A DNA stretch of 64,000 nucleotides from Octopus vulgaris (taxonomy: Eukaryota): assembly GCA_951406725.2 (NCBI GenBank), contig OX597822.1, forward strand, positions 32,550,001 through 32,614,000, written 5' to 3'. The notes beneath the pieces are model-generated. The model made no database searches and was not told the origin of the DNA. It saw nothing but the letters and a program-made list of their open reading frames with translations. Shown here piece after piece: positions 1-12,480 of the stretch. The position numbers were made by a program, and so were the translations under genes. Position 1 is the stretch's first letter. Each line of letters begins with the position of its first letter.

Positions 1-854
1 AGTTCACAGCTCGTTTTCTTCTTGTGGGTATGGAGGCAGAGGTATGTGTATAATCCCATGTAAATCCAAGCAGTATTTCGGCAGTATTTTGAATATTGAG
101 TTCATTTTGAAGGAATCGATTAAATGGTTAGATCGTATGAAAATGGCCCACGTATGTATATAGTGTGAAAAGGACAGACATCATGATAAACAGATATGGG
201 TTGTGAGTGATTGAATAGAAGAGAGAGTAAAGAAAATGAGAAATGAAAGGTATAAGATAGGCGCGGGAAAGAATGAATGAGAGCAAAAGTAAAATAGAAT
301 CAAACATAAAGATAAATCTAAGATGCCAGTATTATTTATTAGGGTCGGTTCGATGTGAGAGGCCATGCATTAAGGTTTTGATAAAGTGGGGGAGGACGGC
401 ATTTATGGCTATTAATTAAATAGATGAATTCTAAATTCGAGAGAATTGTTATTTCAGTAGTCTGTAAGGATAGCTAAAAATAGATTAAAGTAGTTACTTA
501 ACTTAAGAGAGTATATATAGGATTAAAAATTAAATTGATAAAAGATAAAAAGATAAAATATTAAACACATATAAGATGAAAAAACAAAAGTTAACAATTT
601 AAAATTATAGATTAAAATTTTAAAATGCTATTGCTGCTAAGCTAGCTTCTAAGATACTTATACTGATAGACGAAAGAAAAGAAAAATGTATGTTTATTGT
701 AACAACTGTGGATGCATATATGCAAGTGTTATGTGTGTTGATTTTGCTTGCATTTGGACCTGTGTAAGAATCTAAAGGTGCGATAGAACTTATATTTACA
801 TGTAGAGAATGCTTCGTTCTGTTTATTGAGTACTTGTGGTGAATCATGAATTAC

Positions 855-1190
855 TATTTGGAGGGCTTTCTTAAGGCACAGTCCACATGTGGAGCGCTGG
901 CCTTAGTATAAAGCAACATAATTTATTATAGATCAGGTTATCCTATATGGTATTTACCAACTGGTATATGTGGTTGGCTAGGGACGTGGATTTACTTTGC
1001 CCTTCATATTTAAATGAGTTAAGATGAAGAGAATATCTCTGATTAAAATTAATAGTAGACCCGAAGTAATGGTTAGTAGAATTGTGCAATATGTTGTGGA
1101 CAATGCAATTATATACCGCGTTAAGCCTTCTACAATGGGCTTGCAGCAGACAAGCGGTCCTGGATTGGCAGTTGCAGCTATATGCTCTAC
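855..1190 (-). mobile_element. Penelope-like element, degenerate GIY-YIG endonuclease domain
   Basis: Manual minus-strand translation gives SCNCQSRTACLLQAHCRRLNAVYNCIVHNILHNSTNHYFGSTINFNQRYSLHLNSFKYEGQSKSTSLANHIYQL, then a frameshifted TCGLCLKKAL. This matches the PLE pattern CNC..C..C / VY..YIG.T..F..RY..H..SF..ST.L / C.LCL.EK. Stops and frameshifts are present. Confidence 0.8.
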
Positions 1191-1203
1191 GTGGTTTGCT
1201 TGT

Positions 1204-1378
1204 TTATTATTATTATTATTATTATCATTATTATTAGAATTATTGTTATTATTATTCTTATTATTATTATTACTATTTATTACTACTACTACTACTTCTA
1301 CGACAACTACTTCTACTTCTACTACTAATTCTACCACTACTTCTACTTCTACTATTTCTACTTCTACTACTACTATTT

Positions 1379-1428
<50 letters not shown>
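1204..1428. repeat. (TTA)n/(CTA)n trinucleotide microsatellite
   Basis: Direct reading; explains ORFs 978..1457 and 1024..1554. Confidence 0.95.
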
Positions 1429-1429
1429 A

Positions 1430-1640
1430 GGCAGCGCGCTGGTAGAATCGTTAGCACGACCGGCGAAATGCTTAGCGGTATTTCGTCTGCCGCAACCTTC
1501 TCATTTCAAATTCCACCGCGGTCGACTTTGCCTTTCATCCTTTCGGGTCGATAAGTTAAGTACCAGTGTCACACTGGAGTCGATGAAATCAACTATCCAC
1601 TTCCCCCAAATTTCAGGCCTTGTGCCATTAGTAGAAAGAA
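1430..1640 (+). mobile_element. tRNA-derived SINE, family A (GGCGGCGAGCTGGCAGAA head), short tail type
   Basis: A/B-box-like head, central GTCGACTTTGCCTTTCATCCTTTCGGGTCGAT block and AAATTTCAGGCCTTGTGCC..AGTAGAAAG tail, shared with many copies in the window. Confidence 0.85.
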
Positions 1641-1691
1641 TTATTATTATTATTATTATTATATAATTATTATTAGAATTATTATTATTAT

Positions 1692-1730
<39 letters not shown>

Positions 1731-1789
1731 CTGCAGCAGCAGCAGCATTAGCGCTGTTAGTAACATTCGTTTTAGCAGTACTCTGACTT

Positions 1790-2830
1790 TCCTCGGAATC
1801 GAAGATATTCGTATACTGTTTTATGCTGCTTATAATGCTATGGTTACGGGTGTGGTATATGCTATCATGGTCGGTGTTTGAGTTGTGGCTTCTGTGACCT
1901 ACGTTATGATAATATATATTTTGATTGCTCTGCCTTTAGACGTTATTTAGGTCGTAGGAATTAAGTTTAGGCTTATTAGATGAGGTAAAAATAGATTTTA
2001 CGTTGGGCGGAGAGGAGCAGGATAATTTCAGTGCAGATCTGTAGAAGATTGAATGGGATTTATGGTGATGTAGGAAAGTGGAGTCCGTACTACTATTGTT
2101 AAGTTTTTAGCTAGAATGAGAGCTTTGTAAAGCAGAATAGGGGATACAGAAGCGTAATAATAGTTGGTATCAAATTGTAGGAATGAGGAGGTGTTTTGTT
2201 TTCAAGGAGGTGAAACCAAGTTGTAACCTCGTCTGTGCAGGTGACGCCTATTTTTTTTCTAACTATAGGCATTATATTGTCTGGCATATTCTTACTAATT
2301 CGTCATAAGTCCGATTTGGTAGTGCAGCTGAGCCTTATAGATGGCTTGGTTATGAAATCCGCTTTGTAGTCTTTAAGGCTGGAATGTGGAGCTCTCGGGT
2401 CCGTGCGATCATGTACTCCAATTTTGTTCACTAGTTAACAGTGAGTGTTATTATTGATATCCAGGGCGGGCGTCGGGGCTATCTTGTAGGACTTGTACAA
2501 TTCCTTCCTAATAAACCAATGCTTTCCTTAATAGTAAGTGAACATACATTACCAGTTTTATTAAAGAAGACGTGCATTTGGGGTGATGAAATGATCAGTT
2601 CGATTGCTTTAGAAAGATGTTTTTTTTTTCTTTTGGAAGCAAGATTTAAGTTAAGTCAATTTTAAGTCCTTAGTCATATTAAAGATGTCAACTTCGAATT
2701 TATCCAACTGAGAGTGGTGAGGAGGATTTTTGTAGGATCTAAGGTTATACTTATTAATGCTACTATCATCGAGTTTGTGTCTATTACCATAGAAGAAGGT
2801 CCTCCATTTCATCCTTCTGATAATGTCATT
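1790..2830 (-). mobile_element. Penelope-like element, N-terminal/RT fragment with internal deletion (same element as 855-1190, interrupted by microsatellites and a SINE)
   Basis: Minus-strand peptides IIRRMKWRTFF..NKYNLRSYKNPP..LDKFEVDIF, FNKTGNV, SLKDYKADFITKPSIRLSCTTKSDL*RISK and SFLQFDTNYYYASVS match PLE motifs (RRMRWKAFF, ADKT.N.Y, TLKDHK.NF, RLINPAKS, QFDI..FYPSI). The catalytic YxDD region was not found. Confidence 0.8.
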
Positions 2831-2834
2831 TGTT

Positions 2835-2838
2835 ACAC

Positions 2839-2873
<35 letters not shown>

Positions 2874-2876
2874 CAC

Positions 2877-2962
<86 letters not shown>
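2835..2962. repeat. (CA)n(TA)n microsatellite
   Basis: Direct reading. Confidence 0.95.
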
Positions 2963-2964
<2 letters not shown>

Positions 2965-3166
2965 GGGTGTGTGTAATTGTGTATAGAAGAATATATTAAT
3001 AAAAGGAATTCCAACCTTGTCTGATTTTCACGTTTTATTTACAATCTTATAATGATATAATATAAGATAATATATTATAATAGAATAAAATAAAATAGTA
3101 GAATGTCAAATGTTCATTTTGATTGAACTAGTACCTTCATGCATTAAATTATGCAATATTCAGGTT

Positions 3167-3247
3167 CATGTAGTAGTGGTGACAGTCATGCTTCACAATT
3201 TTTGACTGTCAAAAATTGTGAAGCATGACTGTCACCACTACTACATG
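3167..3247. repeat. Perfect 81-nt palindrome (40-bp arms, 1-nt centre)
   Basis: CATGTAGTAGTGGTGACAGTCATGCTTCACAATTTTTGAC-T-GTCAAAAATTGTGAAGCATGACTGTCACCACTACTACATG. Confidence 0.95.
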
Positions 3248-4986
3248 CTTGTTGTTCATACACCTGTCTTCGTCATTTGTTCCCCTTTAAATATGTGTGT
3301 GTGTGTGTGTACCTTTGCAAGTTGTTGATAAAATGACTTCATTTCTATTGGAGAAGAGAGAATTGTCTTCTCAGGAATCAATATTTTATCGTCTTATCGT
3401 TAATGGAGCAAATTTGAGTGTGTATACTTTGACAAATGGGGCAGTGAATCTTAGAATAGCGAAATTTAAACATTCGTTGTACGAAATATATATTTTGATA
3501 ATATATTTTACTATATCTTGTCCTCTTATATTGTCCTTGCATTTGCATGTACCTGTGTATACATGTGTCTATGTCTGAATGTACACAAGCCCGCCATGTG
3601 GAGCTTCATGAATGTTTCCTTTATTTTTACAAAGAATCTGCTTGTGGAAACAATTAAATTCCATGTGACTGAACATGTTACTACGCTTGGAACCGATCTC
3701 TATTTCATTTCATTTACAACAATACCGATCGTACCATTCTTTCCATGTGAGTAAATCAGCGTATCTGTTAATTTAAGAATTAATTTCATTCAAACATATA
3801 AAATGTATTCATGTTATCAGAAGACTTAAAACTGTGCTAACTGTTGGTGTAGAACAAATGTTCTTCCAATATATAATTCTTTTTCTTCAAAGAAATGATA
3901 AAGAACACAAAAGAAAATATCAAATGTTAACTATCAAATGCCTCGATCGAGAGCAAAACAGAGATTAGTTTTAAATACATGATATATGAAATAGTTCAAA
4001 GTTTTCGCTCATTATATATTCAGAATTAAATATTGAAGAAAATGTGATATTTCTATATTTCGATTTCCTTTCTAATGCAGATTAAAATAATATGTCTGAA
4101 GAAAGTTCAAACGAATACACTAGAGTTAGATATATTATACAATAATGGTTTCTTTCAACTATGGTCAAGTTAAATATAGTAGTGGAAAAGTAAGAGACGA
4201 TTGCAAATACTCTAGTTTGTTTCTAATAATTAATGGGTTGATTACAGATTACGAAAAGGTCAAGCCCAAAGGGCGAAAAACTGTCTCAGAACAGAATTAT
4301 GTATCCGTATCAATAATAAATATTTCCTTTATTTGTAAAGTGATACATACAACAATAGGCTTGGGGGTCTCTAGTGAAAGATAGATTGAATATAGTATTT
4401 GAGAAATTTGCAGAAAATCTCTGTCTGGATTCCTAACGTTTATGGTGTCACTCTTTAAGAGTTGGTATTCTTCGGAAACCTTGCGTGCGTTTGAGCTCAT
4501 TTAATTGTGTATGATATCTATATTACATATATCGATAATGTATTGGCGTTCGGAAAATACCTAAATTCTTATGTTGACATCTGTGCTACAATGTATTCAT
4601 GGTAAAAACACAACTCTCACACATACAATCTTGTGTACATACAATCCAAGTTGGATAATAAATCTTATTTACTGATTGATTCACGAATTTGTTATATTAA
4701 GAAAAGTACGTGGGTACGATATGAGAGGTGATGCAATTTACCTGTCTTTGTAATCGAAATTGTAGAAAATAGTAAAAAAAAGCGTTCAACGGTTATTTGT
4801 CGACGCAACACTCTCGACTTTCTTTTGTAATTATATTTCGCATAATTTTCTGAACAAAACAATGGCTTTTACTTACCTTCACGCAGCTAATTTTATTGCA
4901 ATATTTAAAAGACAACCCTATCTCTATATTGTTTTTATCAATGTAAGTAAAAATATTTTTTTATTTATCTCTCTTCTCTCTCACTT

Positions 4987-5026
<40 letters not shown>

Positions 5027-6723
5027 TCTCTCTCTCTCTATCTTTCTTTCTCTTTCTTGCTTTGCTGACTTGGATAAGAACTTCTAGTCTTAGGATTTGT
5101 AATTAAACTACAGCCAAAACCCGTAAGGGAATATAAAACCAAGATCGTAATTTTTTTTGTTTCCTGACTTTGTCCAACTTTTCCACTGCTCTTTATTTCA
5201 GGAACAATTGCTTAATTAATACTCATTTTAGGTTTTCTGAGTGTAAGCCACTGAATGACGGGTAATACATCCTCGAAACAATCCTTGTAATATTGGGGGT
5301 TCCAAACAATGTTAGATTAATTGCTCAATTGTCTTCATTTTATTCGCCATCTCAATTCCAATACACTTAAAATTGAACAAAGATAATTTCAGTTTATTGG
5401 AGAAGCTTTTTCGTCAACTTTCATCGGAATTTCCTTTTATTCGTTGACTGAAACTTTCTGTGTCGATATCTTAAATGATTCATCAAATATCATTACGTAC
5501 AGATACCTAACAATGAAACGTATAGTATTACTGGTACTTATGTTCTCGACTGCAATGCGCTAAATACATTGCTATAAAATATTCAACAGAAATGTACCGA
5601 ACTGAAAATTTGACACAGAAAGTCGAAACTAAACAGGGTGTTTTACATCTTTCACACTTTACTGTTTTCTGAGTATTTTTCAATATATGTCTCTTCTTAT
5701 AAATTGTTAATGTCCAGAGACAACAATAACAGAAAATCCCGTTATATTAAATAAAAGAAAAACAAATAACAGGAAATAAGTAAAGTTTGAACTCAAACGT
5801 ACTCGATATCGTTTAATGCATTTGTACTCAACTGCCTGGTGTCAGACAATTCTAGAACGTTACTATTTTAAATATTAATGTTCTTCCTCGACGAAAACGA
5901 TGTAGCGGGTGTGGTGAGAAGTATGAATGACTTTTCCGGCCATTGGTATAATAGAAAGGTACCAAGCAATGATATATACAAAAAATAACTGAGAGAGAAT
6001 AAGAGAGTATTAAGAGAGATATAGAGATATAGGAAAACGGAAAGAGAAACAGGAGATAGAGGGAGAGAAAGAAAAAAAAAGAAGAGAGAGTGAGAAATCG
6101 TAGAATAGAAGTTACGGTATATTTTGATACTTATCAATTTAATCGCCTGGAAATCCTTATCAAATCAGTTACGGTTCTCAAATAATAACATAGATTGTTC
6201 AGCCATCAAATTACTTCTGCTTGATAATATATTCGATTTAAAAGTGAAGATAACATCAGCTTTTTGTTATTTCTAAACTTTTCTTTTTGTTAAATATCTC
6301 CCGGGCTATGTGTTGATGTTTTTTCTCGTTTCTGAGTTAATTAATGGCTTTAATAAATTTCTTTTCCTTATTGTATTTAGACAATTATTTATTGGTCAAA
6401 ACAAATTTTAATTATTAAATAAATTATATTGCTGACTGATTGCTCCCTTGCTGTCAAATCTTGAGTTTGAATTATTCTACATTTGAATGCATTTGTCATA
6501 TTTAATCAATATGATCTAGTTTAAGACAATCATAATGTAAACTTTCACTTTCCAGGTAAATCCTCGGTGTATCTAGCAGAAATTGTACTTTTTCTAAAGT
6601 AATGGTACAATGAAGCATCTCAGGAATATTTCTGAAACTTAATTTGAGTAGGCGTTAGTCGAATGTTGCTTGCATTAGTTTTGTGTTTCGAAACCTATAA
6701 GGGGTGAAACGTTACAACTTTAA

Positions 6724-7360
6724 AGGCGGTGAGCTGGCAGAAACGTTAGCGTGCCGTGCGAAATCCTTAACAGTATTACTTCTGGCGTTACCTTCTAAGT
6801 TCAAATTCTGCCGAGGTCGACTTTGCTTTTCCTCCTTTCCGGGTCGATTAAATAAGTACCAGTTACGCACTGAGGTCGATATAATCGACTTAATCCGTTT
6901 GTTTGTCCTTGTTTGTCGCCTCTGTGTTGAGCCCCTTGTGGTTTAGTAAAGAAATAGGTATTTTGTGTGCCGTTACGTTCTGAGTTCAAATTCCGCCGAG
7001 ATCGACTTTGCCTTTCATCCTTTCGGGGTCGATTAAATAAGTACCAGTTACGCACTGGGATCGACTTGATCCGTTCCGTTTGTCTGTCCTTGTTTGTCCC
7101 CTCTGTGTGTAGCCCCTTGTGGGCAGTAAAGAAATAAGAAACGTTAGCAGGCTTAGCGAAATGCTTAGCGGTATTTCGTCCGCCGTTACATTCTGAATTC
7201 AGATTCCACCGTCGACTTTGTCTTTCGTCCTTTCGGTGTCGATTAAATAAGTACAAGTTACGTACTGGGGTCGATAAAATCAACTTAATCCATTTGTCTG
7301 TCCTTGTTTGTCCCCTCTGTATGTAGCCTCTTGTGGCCAATAAAGAAATAAGAAACGTTA
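6724..7360 (+). mobile_element. Head-to-tail trimer of SINE family A (long tail type)
   Basis: Three consecutive copies of the central block plus the TTGTCCCCTCTGTG..CCCCTTGTGG..AAAGAAATA tail. Confidence 0.9.
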
Positions 7361-7852
7361 CAACTTTAACAACATTTGGTGTTTTAATAGAATTATTTTC
7401 ATCACTGGATAGGAACGATGTAGGGTTACAGACGCATTTATTGAAGCTATACATTTTACCGTATCAGATTTTAAACACACCCATAGGAGATTATTCAACC
7501 CATATTAGTTAAAAAGTGGCGCATCTAACTGCACCTGTGTTACATTCTTTCCAGAATATTTCGTAGAGGTAGTCAGGAAATAACTTGGAATTCTTTCAAG
7601 ATTGATATAATATTTATTTGGAAATACAAAATAGAGTATATCATGTGAAAGAAATGATAAAGGTTATTGTTGTTTAACTTCTACATGAGCACGGAGTGCA
7701 TCATCGTGTTTATAAATCAGTTGTCTCGACTCATCCCTGTATAGCTAGTCTTTGGAATAAGATTAAGAGTTAAATACTCAATGGAAGCAGATGGAATCGC
7801 TTACGTTTTACACCCTCTGCTTACATTAAAATATGCATATATATGAGAGTGA

Positions 7853-7988
7853 GGGTAGATAGATAGATAACTACATACATACATGCATACATACATACAT
7901 ACATACATACATGCATACATACATACATACATACATACATACATACATACATACATACATACATACATACATACGTACATACATACAT
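7853..7988. repeat. (GATA)n/(ACAT)n microsatellite
   Basis: Direct reading. Confidence 0.95.
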
Positions 7989-9416
7989 AGCACATGAATG
8001 TTCTAAAAAGTAGGGGCATAGAAGAAATAAATATTGTTGAAAATGTAGAGAGAATATAAAGATTTGCTCATCTCACATTTGGTAATTATTATCACATTTG
8101 TTAATTTTGAAATGTGGACGTCTTGAAGAACACAGATTAGTTTGCAAACTATATTTTCTGGCTGTTATTCTAATAAACGTTTGTTTTGTTGAGAGACTGT
8201 GGCTCACACTGCTCACATCTCCAAACGTACTGATTAAAAGTCTGAAGATGATTATGTAAGAGTCACGAGGGTAAGTCGCGTCAAAGCTTCATTCCAGTAT
8301 ATATATCATATGAGAGTTAGAATAATAGCTATGAAAGTGAAAGCTGCGTCGGAATTTAGGCCTGCTTTAGTCTTTTGGTTGTGTGCAGGAGCTACGTGAT
8401 CAGCTATTATCTTATTTAGCGACGATGCGATGACTGTTTTATTGTTAAATATACTGCTTTGGTGTAGTATTCAATAACTGTTATCATAATGCTGCGGAAA
8501 CGGTCCAAAAATAAATGTTACTTTTAAACTATTTGGAGTGCATAACTGCTACAAATATATGCAGTCAAAAATTGCTGAAAAGTCTCAAGCGAACGAAAAA
8601 CAGCTGTTTCTTTCCGAAATTTTCACATCCATTTAAATAAGTTGGATTTTGACAGTAAATATACATACATAGAAGAGTGGGTGACTGAGAATGAAGGGAA
8701 TGTGTGGTTATGTGAACGTGTGCGTACGTGCGCGTGCATGTGTGTGTACGCGCGTTTGACTATGCGTTATGTGTGTGTGCTCGTGTGACCGTGCATGTGC
8801 TCCGTGTAGCCGTGTGTGTGTGCTCGTGTTACCTCATGAAGGCATTAGTAAGATCACACAATGTAACAAACACCTAAGAGACACACATTTTTACACAAGA
8901 AAAGGTAAAAAGGACTTTGTGAAAACCTGTCAAAATGAAATGACGGTAACTGACATTTGCTATCACAAAAATTAATGAAGAATTAATGAACTTTCAAGAG
9001 AGATATACATCACTTTCATCACAAGGGATTTTATACAACCAGAGATAGCAGTCATAGCGAATGGCGAAACGTATAATATCGATGTTTTTTTTATATGCTG
9101 TTTAGTTGTGGTTTGTATCTTTTAGTGAATGGATATTCTTTATTCGTCTTCGGGCAGTAGTATTGTCTGTACTCCATGCAACTGTATATATTTATACACT
9201 ATCTTGCTGGTTTCATTCATTGGAATGCGACTGCGCTGTGGCACCAATTTGAAGGTTTTAATGGGATATTGAGACTGATATTTATTTCAAATTCTAGTAA
9301 TTATTCTTGGTTCCGTGGATGAGGAGTAGTCAAACCTTGCGATAACAGACAAATATGCACGCAAACACACATATATTAATATAGGTATACATCTTATCCA
9401 TAAGAATATAAACATA

Positions 9417-9447
<31 letters not shown>

Positions 9448-9518
9448 TTGTGGACGTGCGTGTTTTGCATGTGTATGCACATGCACATACGTGTGTGTGC
9501 ATGTGGGCGTAATATATA

Positions 9519-9752
9519 TATTTCTTTACTACCCACAAGGGGCTAAACATAGAGGGGACAAACAAGGACAGACAAAGGGATTAAGTCGATTACATCGACC
9601 CCAGTGCGTAACTGGTACTTAATTTATCGACCCCGAAAGGATGAAAGGCAAAGTCGACCTCGGCGGAATTTGAACCCAGAACACTTAACGGCAGACGAAA
9701 TACGGCTACGCATTTCGCCCGACGTGCTAACGTTTCTGCCAGCTCGCCGCCT
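9519..9752 (-). mobile_element. Full-length, young SINE family A copy with 15-bp target-site duplication
   Basis: Complete head-to-tail copy flanked by TGGGCGTAATATATA at 9504-9518 and 9753-9767. Confidence 0.92.
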
Positions 9753-11129
9753 TGGGCGTAATATATACAATTATGCATTTATGCCAGACACACACACAAC
9801 ACACATACACTCATGTATATGCGTGTTGTCATGAATATTTATGCGTAATAATGGTATATTTTTCGCATGGTTGTGTATGTGTGTACGTGCACGTATGTGT
9901 GCGAGCTTATATAAAGTTTAAGTTAATATTACTCCTACACAGTTTTACTTCTTCCCCAAGTACAAACGATTATTTGGAAATATATTCCTCGTCAGTCTAA
10001 ATTTAATAAATTTAAGAAGACATAGATTACAATTTTTTTTCTTTATCATTGTTCCTTTTCGAGTGATTGAACACACGACTTACTTGAATGAGAATAACTT
10101 TGATCTAAAGAATTATGAGACATATATATGAAATTTGTTTCTTCTTTTATGCCGATTCATGTGCTTTCCGAAGTAGAAACGTAAAGTAATAAATAGAATA
10201 AAATAAATAAAGAGTAACAAAGAATGATTTAGGTTGCAGTATAAAAATTTGTTTGTGTCTTCAGTTCCTTGCAGATCGAAATCATTCAATAAAAGATCTT
10301 TACTGAAGAACTTAAAGCAAATACTACTTGGCGTAGACAATGATATTACGTTACGGTTGGTCAGTATATGAAACGTGAAACTTCAAATCTAAAAACTTTA
10401 CAAATACCTGCTTGCTTTCAGTATCGATCTCTTTGCGAAGAGATTTGTAATATTTTTTTTTCTCAGTGTGATTTACTATCTCTGCTTAACCAATTACGTG
10501 TGAGCGAAAATGTTTGAGATGGAAACTGTATAGAAGCATGATTGAAGGAAGGAACTGCAATTCATGTATTTAACACATTGTCACTCTTAGCAAAATAATT
10601 GTTCTTCTCGTAACTTGAATAGAATGTGCCGTGTTCCAGGCATGAGTGGCAGGGTTATCGATTTCAGGATAACATCCTCGTTTCTCCCATCAGCCTTCCA
10701 GGCGTGGGAGATGCCAAAAGCTCTACCTTTCCTCCCTGGCCACGTCTTTTAAAATAAAAACAAGTTATCTGGACTATATAAGAACTAATAATTAAATAAC
10801 TTCCATTCTTTAATTATTAAATATTTGAAATCGATCTTTTCATCGGCAAATCCTAAAAAGTAACACAAGGAAAAAATATATATTGTTATAATAAACATAA
10901 GTTCTATTTTCTTTGCAATCTTCTTGAGGGAGATACAAAGAGAGAGAAAGAGACTGACAGACAGAGAAAAGACATACGGAAATCAGCGCTTAATGTCAAG
11001 TTGGCTATGATGAAGCCAAACTAAATGTAGGCTGTCATACATAGTGTCGAATTTCACCCTAAGAAAATTTAAAGAAAAAATGTTTTTGTTTCCAAATCTT
11101 CCCTCCAAACTCTCTGATTCTTCTGTAAA

Positions 11130-11335
11130 TAGAATCTTTTCTACTATAATCACATGAGGCTAATCGGTTAAATCGATCCCAGTCGAAAAAATCAACTGAT
11201 ACTTAATTTTTCGAATTCGAAACGATGACCGACAAAGTCCACCTCGGCGTTAATTGAAAGCAGAACCTAAAGGCAGACGAAATACTGGTAAACATTTTCT
11301 CCACTCTAACAGCAATTCTGCAAGCTCACCAACTC
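11130..11335 (-). mobile_element. Degenerate SINE family A copy
   Basis: Diverged matches to the central block and head. Confidence 0.6.
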
Positions 11336-11619
11336 TTCTGTATAGAAGTATATTTCTATTGCAAAATCATGTGGTCCATTTTGCGTGTCAGTTATCTAGT
11401 GACGATAAAGAAAAGTTCAATCAAGTACTGCGGTTGATCTAGTCTAATAATCTGCTCCGATCAAAACTAAACTCAAAATCAGTTCCATTAAAATTCTTCT
11501 GTAGGTGAAAGAGAGTCTAATCCATCAGCTTTCAATATATATCCCATCGAGTGATTTCTAAGGTAATACTTTTGGCGAATGTTTGATAATTAATTTCTAT
11601 GTTTATGCAAATTCTAATA

Positions 11620-11781
11620 ATGGTTTCAGATTTTGGCACAAGGGCGGCAGTTTCAGGAGAAAGTCGATTATATCCGCCCCAGTGCTCACCTGTTGTTTAT
11701 TTTATCGACCCTAAGAACAAGAATACGGACGAAATGCCGCTAAGCATTTTTGCCCGGCGTGTTAACTGTTCGCCGACACGA
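11620..11781 (-). mobile_element. Internally deleted SINE family A copy with TSD
   Basis: Flanked by ATGCAAATTCTAATA at 11605-11619 and 11782-11796. Confidence 0.7.
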
Positions 11782-12087
11782 ATGCAAATTCTAATATTAT
11801 ATGCAATTCAATATGACATAGAATTCTAAATTCTAAAAGTTGTTAACTTTTACATGCCATATTTACTAACTATTCTTTTCCTAATTTCAGAGGCACGTCA
11901 GCAAATCTTTGCATTTTATTTAGGTCGAATTGTAAATTTAACTTTTTCATTAACAATTTATGTTCTTTCATTATCCATTAGGTCTTCATGAAATGTCTAC
12001 TCTTCTTCAGCATTGTAATCCGTAGCAATAAAATGCAATATGTATGGTTAAGCGATGGACGGCTATCATATATTCTTTCGATAATAT

Positions 12088-12480
12088 TATTTTTTGCTCT
12101 AGGCACAAGGCCCGAAATTTTGGGGGAGAAGCCAGTCGATTAGATCGACTCCAGTAGGTAACTGATACTTAATTTATCGACCCCAAAAGGGTGAGAGGCT
12201 AAGTCGACCACGGTGGAATTTGAGCTCTGAACGAAAAGACTCTTTCAATAATATTATAATGGGAATATAAGGCGGCGAGCTGGCAGAATGGTTAGCACGC
12301 TGGACGAAATGCTTAGCAGTATTTCGCCCGTCGCTCTGTTCGGAGTTCAAAGGTCAACTTTGCCTTTCATCTTTCGGGGTGGATACATTAAGTACCAGTT
12401 GTGCACTGGTGTCGAACATATCATCTAGTCCCCACCATCCAAAAATGTCGGGCCTTGTTCCTATAGTAGAAAGGATTGTA
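12088..12480. mobile_element. Two divergently oriented SINE family A copies (12088-12240 minus, 12270-12480 plus)
   Basis: Each has the central block and short tail. Imperfect TSD-like flanks: TCTTTCRATAATATTAT and TAATGGRAATAT. Confidence 0.8.

Noticed and set aside
978-1554. Long ORFs 978..1457 and 1024..1554
   Set aside because: They are translations of trinucleotide microsatellites plus SINE and PLE sequence in the wrong frame.
4297-4500. Possible hAT C-terminal fragment (VSEEYQLL)
   Set aside because: The similarity is too short and weak to support a call.
6801-7454. 217-aa ORF with internal repeats
   Set aside because: It is an antisense reading of a SINE trimer; the same peptides recur at every SINE copy.
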